NCBI GenBank assembly: GCA_965645245.1
Contig: OZ287081.1
Location: 1,550,001-1,614,000, forward strand
Origin: Massalongia carnosa
Taxonomy: Eukaryota
Reading direction: 5' to 3'
DNA: 64,000 nt
The notes under the pieces were generated by a model, which saw nothing but the letters and a program-made list of their open reading frames with translations, was not told the DNA's origin and ran no database searches. Positions 26,946 through 40,580 of this stretch are shown here, piece by piece. Position numbers and translations under genes: made by a program. How positions within the stretch are numbered: position 1 is the stretch's first letter; every line of letters starts with the position of its first letter.

Positions 26946-29900
26946 TTTCTTCAATTAACAATCATTCTAGTAACCTGGACAAAGATAATTAATCAACCCG
27001 AAATGCTCTCTCGTCCGCCTACTAGTTAGTTACACCACACCACCCAAAACTCCTACCTATCTCGGTTACGGAGTAGACAGGAGCAGCCAAACTGGACAGT
27101 GCGGGAAACAGATACCTATCCTAGATGTCATATCCAGGGTAGGTACGTTATTAACTCTTTCTGTTTTACGGATTAGAGAGGTAGGTATGCAGATATGTTA
27201 GTTAGTAAGCGCGCAGGGTCGCGTGATAACCTTTTCAAGTATGTAACGGTGGTATGTAGTTATGTAGATGGAGCGGAATCACAATGCTGTTGAAGCATCT
27301 CCCCTCCCTCCGTCTCTCCCGTTTAGGCCAGCCGGCAAGCCAGCGTCTTTCCCAGTCCATCCTCTATCTATCCCTCTATTTACCACCACCACCAACCAAA
27401 ACAGGCCCCATCTATTCCGGGACCTGACGACAACGACGATGACATACCTATACATATTTATAGCTAGTTACCGAGTATCGTGCGGGCGCTCACGGAAGCA
27501 TAGTCCCAACCTACTAGCTCTGGTTTTCCTTATACCCCCCCTTCCCCATTTCCCCTTTTCGTTCATTCTTTGTCCCCAAGCTGGAAGGAGGAGGAGAATA
27601 TGTAAACTGTCTCACAACAGAAAAAAGAAAAACGCCAATCCTGGGAATGAATCCGTCTTTGAGGAAGGCAGATGAGATGAGATGAGATGAGATAAGGCGT
27701 CTTGTCTATCTAGCTACCTAGCTGTCTATTTAGGTATCTTAGCAGTTTTCGTTTCGGGCTCCCGTGGCGGTTGGATCCCTTAGGGAGGGGAGCACGGTTT
27801 TGGATACCTGTTAATTGGTACGAAAGAGGATTTCCGAGCTAGGACATGGATGATGCAGGTAGGAAAGAATGTCGGAAACTTTCTCGAGTGGATCCCCAAG
27901 CGGATCCCCGAACGGAGATGTGCGCTATTGGATGGTTTTGGATATCGGCCGATTTTTGCAGGTTGCTGCTGCTGCAGCATTGATTAATGAAGTAAAAGGG
28001 GGTGGGGGTAGTGGCTTCACAAAGCGGTATGAGAATTAGGAAAGGGAGGAGGAAGCGCGGGAAAGCCTGGAAAATGATTCAAGTGGAAACACGGCTATTG
28101 TTGATTTTGCTTGTTGGTCAATCTCTTAGCTATATCTTTGGTGCTATGAGTTGCTTTGCGGAAGATACATATATTAGCACCCGAGTACCCACATCGATTC
28201 CAGGACCACCGCCAAACCTACGGCATTTTTGCGAATAGAATCCGATTCACAGCTCCACCCAAAAGACTGTCCAGACCTTCTTCACGCCCTCACAGAACAC
28301 GTATCAAGGAAGCGTGCCTTGGTGAGTGAACGACTCCGCCTATCTGCAATGGCAAAATGCGTCGATATCAATTTGGTGGCGATCTCAATGCTAACGGCCC
28401 CTAGACGAGAGAAATAGATACCTGTGAAAATACCACCAGGGCACGACGTGGAGATACGGTTGGAAGTCGCCACCAGGAGACAGGCAATCTGTCTGATACG
28501 AGACCAACCTCAAGATGGCGCATACCCCATCCCATCAAACGGAACCTCAAGTGGATTGTTGCAGTTGTTTTGATTGGTCCAGCCTTGTGCTTCATCATCA
28601 GCGATGCAATTCGTCGGCGGAATGCATTAGTCGCCAGCCATGAAGATTGGATGGCACGATTGAGGGTTCTCAAGGCAACATGGGCTAGCATGGATTGAGA
28701 TTACAAGGGCCTGGATGGAACCAGGGGCACAATGAGTGGATATGGTCCTTTGGTTTCGAGACCAGGCTTTATTTGCACAAATGAGGGTGTTTGAAGGAGC
28801 ATTGGGCGATTTGGTTGACATAGGTAGCTATTAGTCCCATTCTAGTCCTATTCTAGTCCGCAGGAAATTTGGTCGAGTTTGGACACCTCTCGAGATGAGC
28901 GGCTGTTTAAAATCCACACTGGCCAGCCATGAATCTCCCTTCGGACAGCTGGGATGAGTGTTGAATGAAAAGATCCACCCCATAGCACCTGAGTCATCAG
29001 CAATGATTCTAGCCCTCCATCTCCAGCGAAAGCCCAGACAAGTACCGGATCAGACACCTACTCTAGTTTTGCTGGATGAGTATGCATTAGCAGATAAAGT
29101 TCCCATTGACGCTCCCGTCACATTCGCTCGCACTTGCCCATTTTCGCTGATAAGCTGGATGCATTTTTCGGTTTCCTTTCATCTTATTTGACCTTATATT
29201 AGATAGCTTCCATAAATTCAGGCATGTACCGATGTATAGGAGACTTTGGGTAGCAGCAGAGAAGGGAGTTGTCAGTCTGCTATGCCGGCGTCCAGAGGAA
29301 CGTCCCGTACCTGGTCTTATTCACGCCCAGGTACCCTGCAATACACTGCAGCCATCCAATTCATTTATTTCCCCGCTCGCCTTGCGACGTATCGTAGATT
29401 GTGAATCCATACCAACCCATCACCAATCAGATCGCGTTGGTTTGTTTTCCAGTAAATCGGTAGGTGATCATATGCATGGTTAAATCGATGGTTTTGAGAG
29501 GGCTCCTGGAAAATACGAGATCTGGAACACGGGTATTGAGATTTCCTAGGCTGTGGGTAAGTAAATAGGGGCAGCATGATCCAGAAAGGAAGCATGATGA
29601 TGTGTGCCCGAGACGTCCATCCCAAGGCTCGGATACAAACAAGCCTGAAAGAGAATTCGCCTCATTCGGAAATGTTGGTACTCCATGAAAACCCCAAGCC
29701 AACGTTGGTAACATGTAATTAAGAACAAAGACAAAGACAGCGGCTTGAGACACCTTAAGTCTTGCCCCCATTGCCCGCAATGTGGTCTCTTCAACCATCA
29801 GCATCCTTCAGTGCAGACCCCCTTCCACGTTGTCTCCAATCTTTCTGTTGTCCATCTCATTCAATCAAGGAAATCCAAGGAAAGGAGCGCACGGCAAGCC

Positions 29901-30039
29901 TAGGCAACCAGGTCGCAAAAATAGAATAGCATCATCCTCATCTTGCACTGGCGTCTTTCTTAACCTTTTCATATGTTCTTGTTTTTGGACTCTTGAGAGC
30001 CATCTTTATATCTCCCAATCAACCACGCATTCTCAGTCA

Positions 30040-31182
30040 TGGTAAAATATCATTCCGCTAAGCTTTAAACAGCTGGCACGGTGCAGGTCCGCCTGGTGGA
30101 GTATTGTCAATTTCCTCGCAAAGATTGTCTAGCTGGTGCTGAAACACATGAGATATTTCTACGTTCTTTTGGTTACCTACTTTGGCATCCTTATGGTTGG
30201 CTATTGTGTCATAAACCATGGCCGAAAAGTTGGCACTATTATACCAATTGGTCCTTGTAAGCTCCCAGAGATCGGCTTGCTGACTCCACTTGGCGTTTGC
30301 TCGCTTCTTCAGGATCCCTCGTCCATCACCACCGCTAGCCCGAATACTTTGCCATTCCCAAAGGGTTTCGCTAGCGCAAATAGCAAAATTGACCAAATGT
30401 TCTCTGATGCAGTTGCATTTAAACATCATATAAGATGCGATATCCGCCCTCTGCCATCGCATGGCTTATTCAACCCTCCCAGGCGCGCGCGTATCATGAT
30501 GAGTCCACCAAATATCTTAACGTAACAAAAACCACGTAACGCGCAGCGTCCTCGTTTAGTGTTTTGTTAAGAGTCTGCATGCCCTCAATAACTAGACGCA
30601 CTAATTGTACCGCCACTTCCTTGGCTTTGAAACCACACCACCAATAACAAAACTTACAGCAATGGCCATTAAGGAGAACCTTGGCTGGCTCGAGTATGAT
30701 ACTAACGGTCTCGTCAAAAAGGGTCGATCCGTCCCTCATGGCCTCGAGGCTCGGATGGAAAAAGTTAACCGTGTAACGGCGCAAGGCCTCGAAGACGTCC
30801 AGAACACGAAAGTCTTAGCAGAATCCAAAAGGAGCTTCCTGGCGGACCTATACATTATGTACGGTGGCGCTCCCAAAGAAGCAACGCTATTGGGGGAAAA
30901 TCTGAGCATATTGCAGCGAATGTCAGGTGTATTAAATATCACACGGGCCAAGTTCAAGACGAGCTTCTCGATATTGCAAAATGTCCAAGTTGAAATATAT
31001 GGACTAAAAAAACAAGTCAGAAAGGCCATTACCCGCAGTCGCAAACTTGAAACGGAAACAAGTCATTATTATTGATCGAGTGTGTGGGCGAGCTCAGAGC
31101 CTCGGTTAAAAGGATGGGAGAAGCCAATGCTCAACGGGAAGAGCTGCTTGACAAGAGATCAGAATGGGAGAGCCAGTTGTAA
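30040..31182 (+). pseudogene. Decayed fungal transmembrane + coiled-coil hypothetical gene
   Basis: TM segment followed by C-x-LP-x-I-x-L-x-C, then helical segments in different frames (30136-30525, 30605-31075, tail to ~31182). In-frame TAG near 30130. Confidence 0.4.
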
Positions 31183-31396
31183 AGACCATGGGAATATATC
31201 TTCTGGCGGTGGCTAGAGATGTCACGATGCTTTTTCTTTTTCCTTGCGTCCTAATGAGAGGGATGATGGAGAGGTCGTGGCGATGGGTATTTTAGCTGCG
31301 GAGCTAAAATGAAAGGGAGGGGGTGGGAGTTCAAGGAGGCATCTCTAACGCAGGACAAAACTCGAGCAAAGTTTCTCCATCCTTCACACCTGTAAT

Positions 31397-33566
31397 TCAG
31401 TTCATCAGCAGCTCAACCGCCCAACCAACGTTTAAAGTTCTCAAGTCCCCATAGTGCTGCCCGACGCCTAAGAACACCACGGGAATCCCTGTCGCGTGCA
31501 CCATGCTCACCAAACTCCCCACCATGTCGCCCACAGTGTCGCATTTGCTGATGATAAACCCGTCTAGCTTCCGAGCCGTGCCGAACGCAGCGTTGAAGTT
31601 CCGCGCCTGGGCCACGCCGTCGCTGCCCACCAGCGCCTCCCCGACCATCAGGATCTTGTCGGGCCGCGCGAAGGCCGCAAATTTCTCCAGCGATGACATC
31701 AGCCGCGCGTCGTTATGTCGCCGGCCCGCGGTGTCAATTAGCACGACGTCGAACTTCTGCGCCGTTGCGTACGCTACTGCATCTTTGGCGATGTTGGCGG
31801 CATCCTTGCCATAGCCCTTTTCATAGAGCTCGACTCTGCCGCGACCTTCACGCTCAGAGAGCTCCTTGAGGTTACGGGCGTGAACGCGAAGCTGCTCAAC
31901 AGCGCCAGAACGGAAGGTGTCGCAGGCAGCGATAAGGATGGAGAGGTCGTTTTGAAGGAGGAAGAAAGCGAGTTTGGAAAGGTTGGTAGACTTACCAACA
32001 CCGTTCACACCGACGATGGATATTACATAGGGGCGGGGAGCTGGGGCCAGGGGGTTCATAGAGGAGGGGGAGGTGACGGCTGATATGGAGCGAAGAACAT
32101 CAAGAGAGGTTGTTGGGGTGAGTATTTTTCGGAGAGAGGACTCCATCGCGGTGCGGATGGTTGTGTCCACACCTACGGTTAGGGACTCGTTAGATTATAA
32201 ATCATGATATTTCGAGAAGGGTGACCTACTTTCAAAATTCCCAGTTTTGACACCGATAAGCTCCCGTTCCACACCTTCACATAATCGTACCGCAGCTTCT
32301 CTTGCAACATTTTTCTTTAATAAATGTTCTTCCATACCCTTCATGGGCTTGTCTAGATCGGCTTTTGTCAGAACCTTGCCACCGATGACACCCCGAAACA
32401 GGCTGCTAATGGCACCTATACTGGACCCTACAACGCCACCGATGGGGGCAGTAGACCGCGCTCTATTCGCGTTTGCACCTTCTAGAATGGCGTGCACCTT
32501 ACTATCAAGATCTTTGAGCACGAATTGCCCCTTACTGGTTCGTGTACCAGAGGACTCGGCATTGGCTGCTTCCAAGCCATTGGTTTCGGTACGGCTGTCT
32601 TCCGTTCCTAAAGTGACCTCGCTTCTTGAATTTACCGAGTAATCCAACGTCAAATCGTTGTCTTCATCCGCCATACCATTGGCGTCCCATCTTCTTAGCA
32701 CCTTCTTCGATACGAGTTTTGTCGGCTTTCCTCTTCTACGTGTTTCCTCGTCGCCTGACGACGCTGTTGCGGATGCCGAGGCTTTCTTCGCACGCCGAGA
32801 GGTACCACCTTTGCCACCCCGTTTTGCAGATACCAAATGGCTTGCAAAGGGAGTGCTAGGCCGGGAGTTTTCAGGGGAAGGGATAGGCGTAACGTCCGTC
32901 GAAGTTCCGTTGCTGTATGAAGTCTTTCGTTCAGCGGCTAAGAGAGCGCGATATTAGCATCATGCAATCTTAAGTTACGAAGCGAGCGTACTTGAAAGTA
33001 ATCCGGGGATTGGCGGCGGTAGATTATCAGTTCCCTTGCCAGAGTCTGAAGGCTGGATTAAAGCCTCTATTCTGGGTTGGAGGGATTCTGGGATATTTCC
33101 ACCAGCTGATCCTTCTAATTCTTTGACTTGCTGATCGAAGTAGGCATCAAAGGCACAATTGACCACAGTCGTGTGGGGTTTCTGGATTTGGTCTCTATAT
33201 AGATTTATAAAAATGATCTTTATATTATCTAAGAGCTTGTCGACCCATGATAGATGAAGTAGAGATTGGTAGACTGCCTAAGAGGATGGGGCGAGTCAGC
33301 CAGGGAAAATCCCCTTTAACAAAGATACGAACAACAAATATGAGGCCTAAATCCTTGACACTGGCCCATTTCAAAGTATACTGATCCCTTTTGTATGCAG
33401 AATTCTTCGCCGCCGAAACATCATCAGCCGCTGCGCCTGGGAGCACCTTTTCTTCAATAAAGACATCTCTGATGAAGCCGTTTACGAGGCTAAGGCTTAC
33501 GGGTGCATATGATTTTGACCAAAGCACCACACCAGATGTGGTGAGAATTTCGAAGCTGTCAAGCAT
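31397..33566 (-). CDS. SRP101: Signal recognition particle receptor alpha subunit (multi-exon)
   Basis: N-terminal MLDSFEILTTSGVVLWSK (SRX domain). GTPase motifs GVNGVGKSTNLSK, DTFRSGAVEQL, DTAGR, SKCD, GVGQHYGDL. Confidence 0.96.
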
Positions 33567-34076
33567 GTCGAAAGATATTGCTTGAGTACGGGGGTTGGAA
33601 ATGATGGAGTAGTGGCGGAGAAAGGAAGATACTTCGATACCGAATATACGGTACTCCCCAGCAAGATAGATACAGATAGTTACCCATCTCAGCTACTGAA
33701 AAAGGGTTCAAATTACCGTCTTTTTCTAGTTTTTTTTCAGCTAGAGGATTATGAGCGGTTGTTTAACGGCTAATAGTCCCTTGAACAGTTGTCAAGCGTT
33801 TTCAATTGTTTTCAAAACATACCGTGATTAATAGCATACAAGCCCGCTGAGCTGTTAGTTACTTGCTTCGTCATCGTAAAATACGCTTTTACGGATTACA
33901 TAGACTAGTACTCGTATCTGCCTATATACATTGTACCTAGCTAGCACCCATCAATTAAAAATATCAACCTTTCACTCCTGTTCGAATCGACTAATAGTCG
34001 AGCTTGCATCTAATCGAAGTTGCCGACGATTAAATACGCTGAACCGACTCTTCCGCTTAGCCTAGGCCCAAAGGCA

Positions 34077-35332
34077 ATGCAACGGTCCTCATACGCTCCA
34101 CCCCCAGCGCACTCGCCCCCGCTCCACCACCCCGTCCCTCAACATGTATCCACCGTTCCGATGATGCGCTCGCCCCCTCCGCCGCAATCACAAGGAAGCT
34201 CAAATTATGGCAGTCCGTATGTCGGGTCTATGGGCACAGGCCCAGCCTCGAGCGGAGGGGGACAGTTCGCGCCTGCGTTCGGGGGGTTCATGAACGATCA
34301 AACAGCGCAAATGGGATTTCAAGTTGGGAAGAGCGCGGTCATGGCGGGGCAGGAATATGTTGAGCAAAACGTTTGTTGCCCTCTCTATCATATACTATAT
34401 ACCAAAAAATATCCTGACTAGTGGCTTTCGTTCCCCTGCAGTTAAACCGCTACGTCTCCATCGGCGCTCTGAAGCATTATTTTAACGTTACCACCCCCTA
34501 TGTCCTCCGCAAGCTCCTCCTCGTTCTCTTTCCTTGGCGTCACAAACCCTGGTCTCGCCAGCAACGGCCCTCCACCACTGGGTCCCAAGACTCAAACACT
34601 TACTCGTATTATTTCCTGCCTCCCCGCGACGACCTCAATTCCCCCGATATGTACATCCCCGTCATGGCCTTTGTCACCTATATCCTACTATCAACTCTCC
34701 TCGCCGGTCTCCGCGGCGCGTTTCATCCGGAAGTCATGGGATTGGCCGCCACGGCCGCGTTTGCCGTCGTCGCGATCGAGATCCTTGGCCTGAAATTCGG
34801 CACCTATATCCTGAGCATCAGCAATGACTCCCAGCTTCTGGACCTAGTAGCGTATTCCGGCTACAAGTTCGTCGGCGTCATCGTCACCCTCATCGTGGCT
34901 GAGATCTTGAACGCCGGCAAGGGAACAGGCGGGTGGGCGGGATGGACTGTCTTCACGTACACGTTTCTTGCAAATGCCTTTTTCCTGGTAAGTCAAACTA
35001 TTTCCCGCCAACCCTTCTCCCTTCATGGCACTGTTCTACATCCGATCTTTCGTCTTGATATCCACCGTATGTGATAGACTGGCCCCGTGGACGGCTAACC
35101 TTTCCCCCCCTTTTCTTCAATACTTTAGCTCCGCTCCCTCAAATACGTGCTTCTACCCGACTCCTCCTCCTCCACGCCCGCCGGCAGCGGCATGCTTACC
35201 GTGGCCCGCTCGCAACGCAACCGCCGTACGCAATTCCTCTTCCTATACTCGTACGTCGTGCAGTTTGTCTTCATGTGGATCCTCAGCCGGCAGGACAGCT
35301 CGTCGGCGAAGGTGGTGGGCGTTAAGGTATAA
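34077..35332 (+). CDS. YIF1: Yif1/Hrf1 ER-Golgi membrane protein (3 exons)
   Basis: LKHYFNV..YVLRKLLLVLFPW, PPRDDLNSPDMYIPVMAFVTYIL, LDLVAYSGYKFVG, then LRSLKYVLLP after the second intron. Confidence 0.94.
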
Positions 35333-37011
35333 AAGGCTGTGTTTAGGACCAGCGATTGGGAGGGGGAGGGGTTTAGTTTCTCTCGACTTTCTTTCTGGCA
35401 TAGGTTGGTCCCCACTAGGCGACAACGTTATATTCCCCGTAGAAAATCAAGGGATAGCGTTTAGGCACTCTGGTTTCCTCTTCTTTTCCCTATTATTACC
35501 CTCGTCAGATCATCGAATTCCACATGGCAGCAACAGCAGCACCTTTCCCCTCTCTTCTTTTCTCTTCCAAATTCACCTCACAAATCCCACTCAAACCACT
35601 CTTTCTCCGTCGAAAATCGACCAACAGCAAAGTTTGTTTCAAAGCAAGTCCCGAAACCCAGCATCCAAAATCCAGCATCCAGAATTGCGTACAAATGTGT
35701 GTATGTTTGCAGCAAAGCAAACAAGAAAGTAAACAAGTGCATGGCGGGATGTCGATGAACCAGTATCCTGTTCGTTACGTTCTTGTCTAGTCTGGCTGTG
35801 TGAGAAGATTCGAAAAATGCAAGGGGTGGGGAGATATAGAATGAACGCATAAGAAGACGAAGGGATGGCAAACCCCAGGGGTTTTAGGTGTTGGAAGAAT
35901 AGAGCAAAGTATTGTACGTTGACCAAGCTGGCTGAATGGTTGAACGCATAGGTACATATCCTACAATCCTCCTCCCCTAAAAAGCCCTAACATAAACAGC
36001 GACTGTGCTAATGGTCGCGACGCCACAAGCGCAATTAATATCCGGCGCCGCGACATTTCCCAAGCCCACCACCGTTACGAAATTGAGCGTGTTGCCGCAG
36101 TAACGATTCCCACTCGCAGTGGAGCTCGTGTAGACGGTGCCGCAGTAGTTGTACGCCTATGAGTTGCATATCACAGAGCATTGCGCGTTAATGCCGAAGG
36201 AAAATGTATGTGAACAGTCTTTACCACTGCCGTGTCTATAACGTGGTGTTCGAGCCATTCGTTCGGACAACTCTTTCCTCCGGCATCTGTAGCGACCGAG
36301 ATGTTGGATAAAAGGAGAAGGCGATGAGACGAGCTTTGAAGCCTGAAAACGAAAAACATGTTCTATCAAGCATGCTTCATTCACAGCTTGCATATAAAAG
36401 AGGAAGAACGCCATACAAGAATAAATCTACATACGCCCAAGACAACTAGAGCAGACAAAAACATATGATGGATTGCAGCGGCAAGCTTGCTGCTTGCAGT
36501 TTTTGTATGGGGTGACGTATGGAATGCAATTAAATCAGAGCCTCAACGACGACTGATCTGGATCGACATGCGCATTTGTCTGAATGATATTATCGCTTAG
36601 GCAGTCTTGATTGTTCTGTAATATTCTAGGTTGGAAAGGGTAAAAATCTCATCTCAAAAGAAAGAATTTCGACGAGACCTATGCCGATCAACGAGTCTAT
36701 TGTCTCTTGCATCCAATCCAATGGAACCTGTACAGAGAAGCGAGCAAAAAGAAGCTTGAGGTGCTTCAGATATGTACTTAGTTCTCCGTATGTGAAAAAG
36801 CTTCGTTATCAAGAGAACTCATCACTCCCAAAGAACTGCTAGGAGATTCGGCGGATGTAGAAGCGTAAGAATGAAAAGGACGACTGGGGACGGGTGGAAG
36901 GCACTAGGGTGACATCAAGACTTTGGCTTGCTGAGAGAATTTCCACCGATGAAAATAAGAAGTCTCAGGATTTAAGTCGTTCGCGAGCCGAACCCAGATG
37001 GTAGGTTGCCT

Positions 37012-37263
37012 CAGTACCTCAGACCTGCCTTGCCCTCGCCACAGCTAAACCTATTCAGATTAGTATATTATTAGTCTAAAGCTAAGCTAGTTTAGTGAAT
37101 AGTTTAACTGTTTTGGGTTAAGACTCTGGTGCTTGCACAGCGAACTTAGTAAGCAAAGCCTAACTATAAAAAGTTAGACCTGTAGGCTAAATAAGTTAGC
37201 GCCGAGTTAACCGGAAAAGGTTAATAAAGGCGAAGGCTGAGCCACAGCACGTCTGAGGTACTG
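37012..37263. mobile_element. MITE-like non-autonomous element with TpA-rich interior
   Basis: Terminal inverted repeats CAGTACCTCAGACCTGC (37012) and GCACGTCTGAGGTACTG (ends 37263), 16/17 match. No coding capacity. Confidence 0.7.
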
Positions 37264-38748
37264 GTAGGCGTTAGAAAAATGTTGAGGCGCACAGACGATG
37301 TATCCTCGCAACATTATGATTATTTTTCTTCGCAGATTCTCTTCATAGATAACAGTGACATTGACATTTTTTTACAGCTCGAGCAAAACATTCATCTTCG
37401 AATCAGCCATGCTTTCCGTGGGGCAGAAATTGAGAACACGCCCCTGGGAACTCGGTTGGTACTCATCCTGTATTCCTGCTCCCCTTGGAGTCTTTGTACC
37501 GAGACCTTGTACTCGGTATGTATGGTTAATAGGTTTGCAAAGCAAAATAGTGAGTTCTAGAGATCTGTTCGCTTCGACTTTGATGCCGATCAAAAACCAA
37601 ACACATGTTCGGATCAGTGCTAGGAAGCACGTGATCCGCCAGTGGACTTCGTTGCATCATTTCTCTGGGAGCTTCCATAAAGACACAACAATGTCTTTCA
37701 CGTTTTCAGTGATTTCTGCCATGTCTATAACGTGGGCTACAACAGATTTAGTCATAGCTGATATAAAAACAAAACGGGTGTGAGCAATGATGCTCTTGCC
37801 ATTGAACAGCATCTGGGACTGTTCCGTACATAAAGGTAATATTTTAACTTCTTCAGTTATTTGACAGACCTAGTTACTTACTGCGACTTACTTGCTAGTG
37901 TTGATCTACAACTACCTTAGGAAGATCTAAGACGTTTGTTCTCATAACTTCAAAACGCGTATATAGCTCAATACATTTTCATGTTATGTTTTTCATTCTT
38001 AATTATAGTGAACACTCAGTCACTCCCTATATTGTGAACAGGAAAATGAAAGTTAGCAAGGATTCCCTACATCTCATCATTCTACTTTACCTATAGCACT
38101 TACAATACCTTCCAAGCAGCTCAAGCGATCGGACAACTCTTACGAGCCTGAAAGCATGAGCTATTGGTAGCGTCTCTCTACACCCTGTCTTATATTATCC
38201 CAGTGAAAGCAAGCCCCAAGTTTCTCATTCCGGTTTTTTCTAGAAGCAACTTCTGTTACGAGATCTACCTACTTGCTAGAAGCTTTGACTATTTCTTCTC
38301 GCCCTTCAGATAGTTATGAACCTTGCCGCCATCCACTGCTATTGTGAGCCAACAGTATCAGCTAGTCCCACGTAGTAAGTTCTTCTTGTGTTTTCTTTTT
38401 CTTAGGCTTTGAATTCGTTCGTTAAGTGTCCTTATAAGAGTAGACGAATGTATGAGTATGCCGCAAAACCTTTACCCGAAAACAAATTTATTAGGGAACA
38501 CTTTGCTGGAAGCTCGCCGCTCCTTCTATTCTCACCTTCTCTCATACTTCCCTACTCGTCCTGCTTCTTCGTTAAGCTGACTGATGTGTTGGCCACGTTC
38601 TTTGTTTAGCTTCTCGCTCTAGATTTCGCAAGCTATCTTTCGTTCACCCATCAGTTGATATTTGCGCTGCAACTCCGTTCTCACGCTTGACTTAGCAAAC
38701 GACTTTCAAGCAGTCTCAGTCAGAGGGATATATAGGCTGATACGAATT

Positions 38749-39758
38749 ATGTCTTCGCTAGAGGCTAAGTTAGCGAACTGGAAAGAGCTGATGGGTATTA
38801 AGGAGGAGATGACTAGGATGGGCCTCAATGTTGAGGGAATCGTGGCGGAACTATCAAAAATCTTCGAGGTACCTAGTATTGTCACTTTTCTGCGTTTTAA
38901 GCTGACAGAAAGGCAACTATTAAGATATCGGTTACTACGGATAGGCAAGATGATTCCGGGGGCAGTAATCATGTTTCGCCAAAAGTAGAATCGCTGGGGG
39001 TTAATTAAAATCAGATCCCTTGTGTAGCCTTATGTTAACGAGGTATAGCATCACGAACGCCTTATGCAGTCGAGGAAGCCTGCGAAGACCCCGATATCAC
39101 CGAATGATGAATCGGATCGTCTCGGGAAGCTTATACAAAGTCCAGCTATCGACGAGACGCAGAATACTAAAAAACCCACCCTCTCAATGGCTGCGACCCG
39201 CTTCCACTCTAGATTTGCCTCCGAAGAAAGCGTTCAGTGGCATATCCAGGTGATGGAGCTCACCATCTCGAGGAAAACATACAAATCCTGCTTCAGAGCC
39301 GACTATGAGTTGGTGCGAAACAATGAGTCCGGCAAGTATTTCATCCATGAGAACGGAAAGTCCCTAGCGTCCGCCAATGCCAACATGCAACTTCTCCCCC
39401 GAACGATCCGAAAAGCCTGGTTCGCCGAGGATGGCGGGTACGTTCGGTTTGAGTCCGAGAATGATGGGATCGCCAATGTGATGGATCTCCAGCTGTTTTC
39501 GGTTCGCGACCTGAGAACCCTCTTGCAGAAGCTTCGCTCCGAACACAAGTTCGCGGCTGTGATGAAACATAAGCAAGTTCTCCCTTGTTTCCCCTAGGTG
39601 ATAAATTGGAAAAAACTTACATTCTAACCTTCTCGCGTCTACTTCGTAGACACTGGATGGCAAGAGCCTTTGCCCGCATGATCGCCGAGCATGAGCCCAC
39701 TTCCAAACCGATCAGAAACCCTAGGGAGAAGGAAACCGAAGTCGTCGAGCTCGACTGA
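38749..39758 (+). CDS. Hypothetical 4-exon protein, possibly with a PH-like domain
   Basis: Phase-compatible introns with branch sites (two GT-AG, one GC-AG at 39573-39649) give a continuous ORF ending EVVELD*. Confidence 0.55.
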
Positions 39759-40241
39759 GAGTACCCTTTCATCCACGTGGCATCAAAAAATCGTCGCCAG
39801 AAAATCAAAAGAATCTGAAAGAAAGAATATACCCTGCGGGGTTTTTGCCATTATGACCGAGGACTTATTGACAAGTTTGGAGAGTAGCTAGTTAGGCAGG
39901 CAGATGATATATAGCTAGTCAAGCAGGCATATCTATTCAACCATCACAACTAGCTCCAAAAAAAAAACTCTAGCCATCTCAAATGCGTTATTCATGCCCC
40001 CATCCTCCTCGCGTCACCCTCCTTTCAAACCGTACGAACTAAAGCTTCCAGTATGGATACTACACGAAAACAAGTAAGTCAGGAAAGGAGAAAGAAAATT
40101 TGCATGCCGGCAAATCTAGCTAGCTAGCTCCCTCCGTGCCTCCCTCCCTCAATAGCCATGCATTTCATTTTGTTTTCACCTCACACACATACAAAACCGC
40201 CCAGGCCAGCCTATTTAGTTAGTCTGCAAGCAAATATCTAC

Positions 40242-40272
<31 letters not shown>

Positions 40273-40527
40273 TCTCTCGCGCTCACTGAAAAAATACTGC
40301 CTCAGCAAATCCTACCTGTTCGCTTATCCATTTTCCTATCCTCTTAAGAAATATCTTCCACCACCACTATCACCACCATTACTATTGCGGCTCATTTCAT
40401 TCTCCATTTATTCTCCCGGTGCCCTATCCCTTTCGCCTTCCCCCCCTCCAGACCAACCCTACCTACCTCCCTAACCATACCGCCCCTCCTCCTCTCCCCT
40501 CCCTAAAGTTAATGTTCTCCCATGATT

Positions 40528-40564
<37 letters not shown>

Positions 40565-40580
40565 TCCTCCTCCTCCTCCT
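40242..40580. repeat. Microsatellite cluster: (CT)n, (GCT)n(CCT)n
   Basis: (CT)n at about 40242-40278; (GCT)n followed by (CCT)n at about 40530-40580. Confidence 0.85.

Noticed and set aside
35025..36420. ORFs of 60-235 aa downstream of YIF1
   Set aside because: They overlap the YIF1 intron, last exon and 3' UTR in other frames and have non-protein-like composition.
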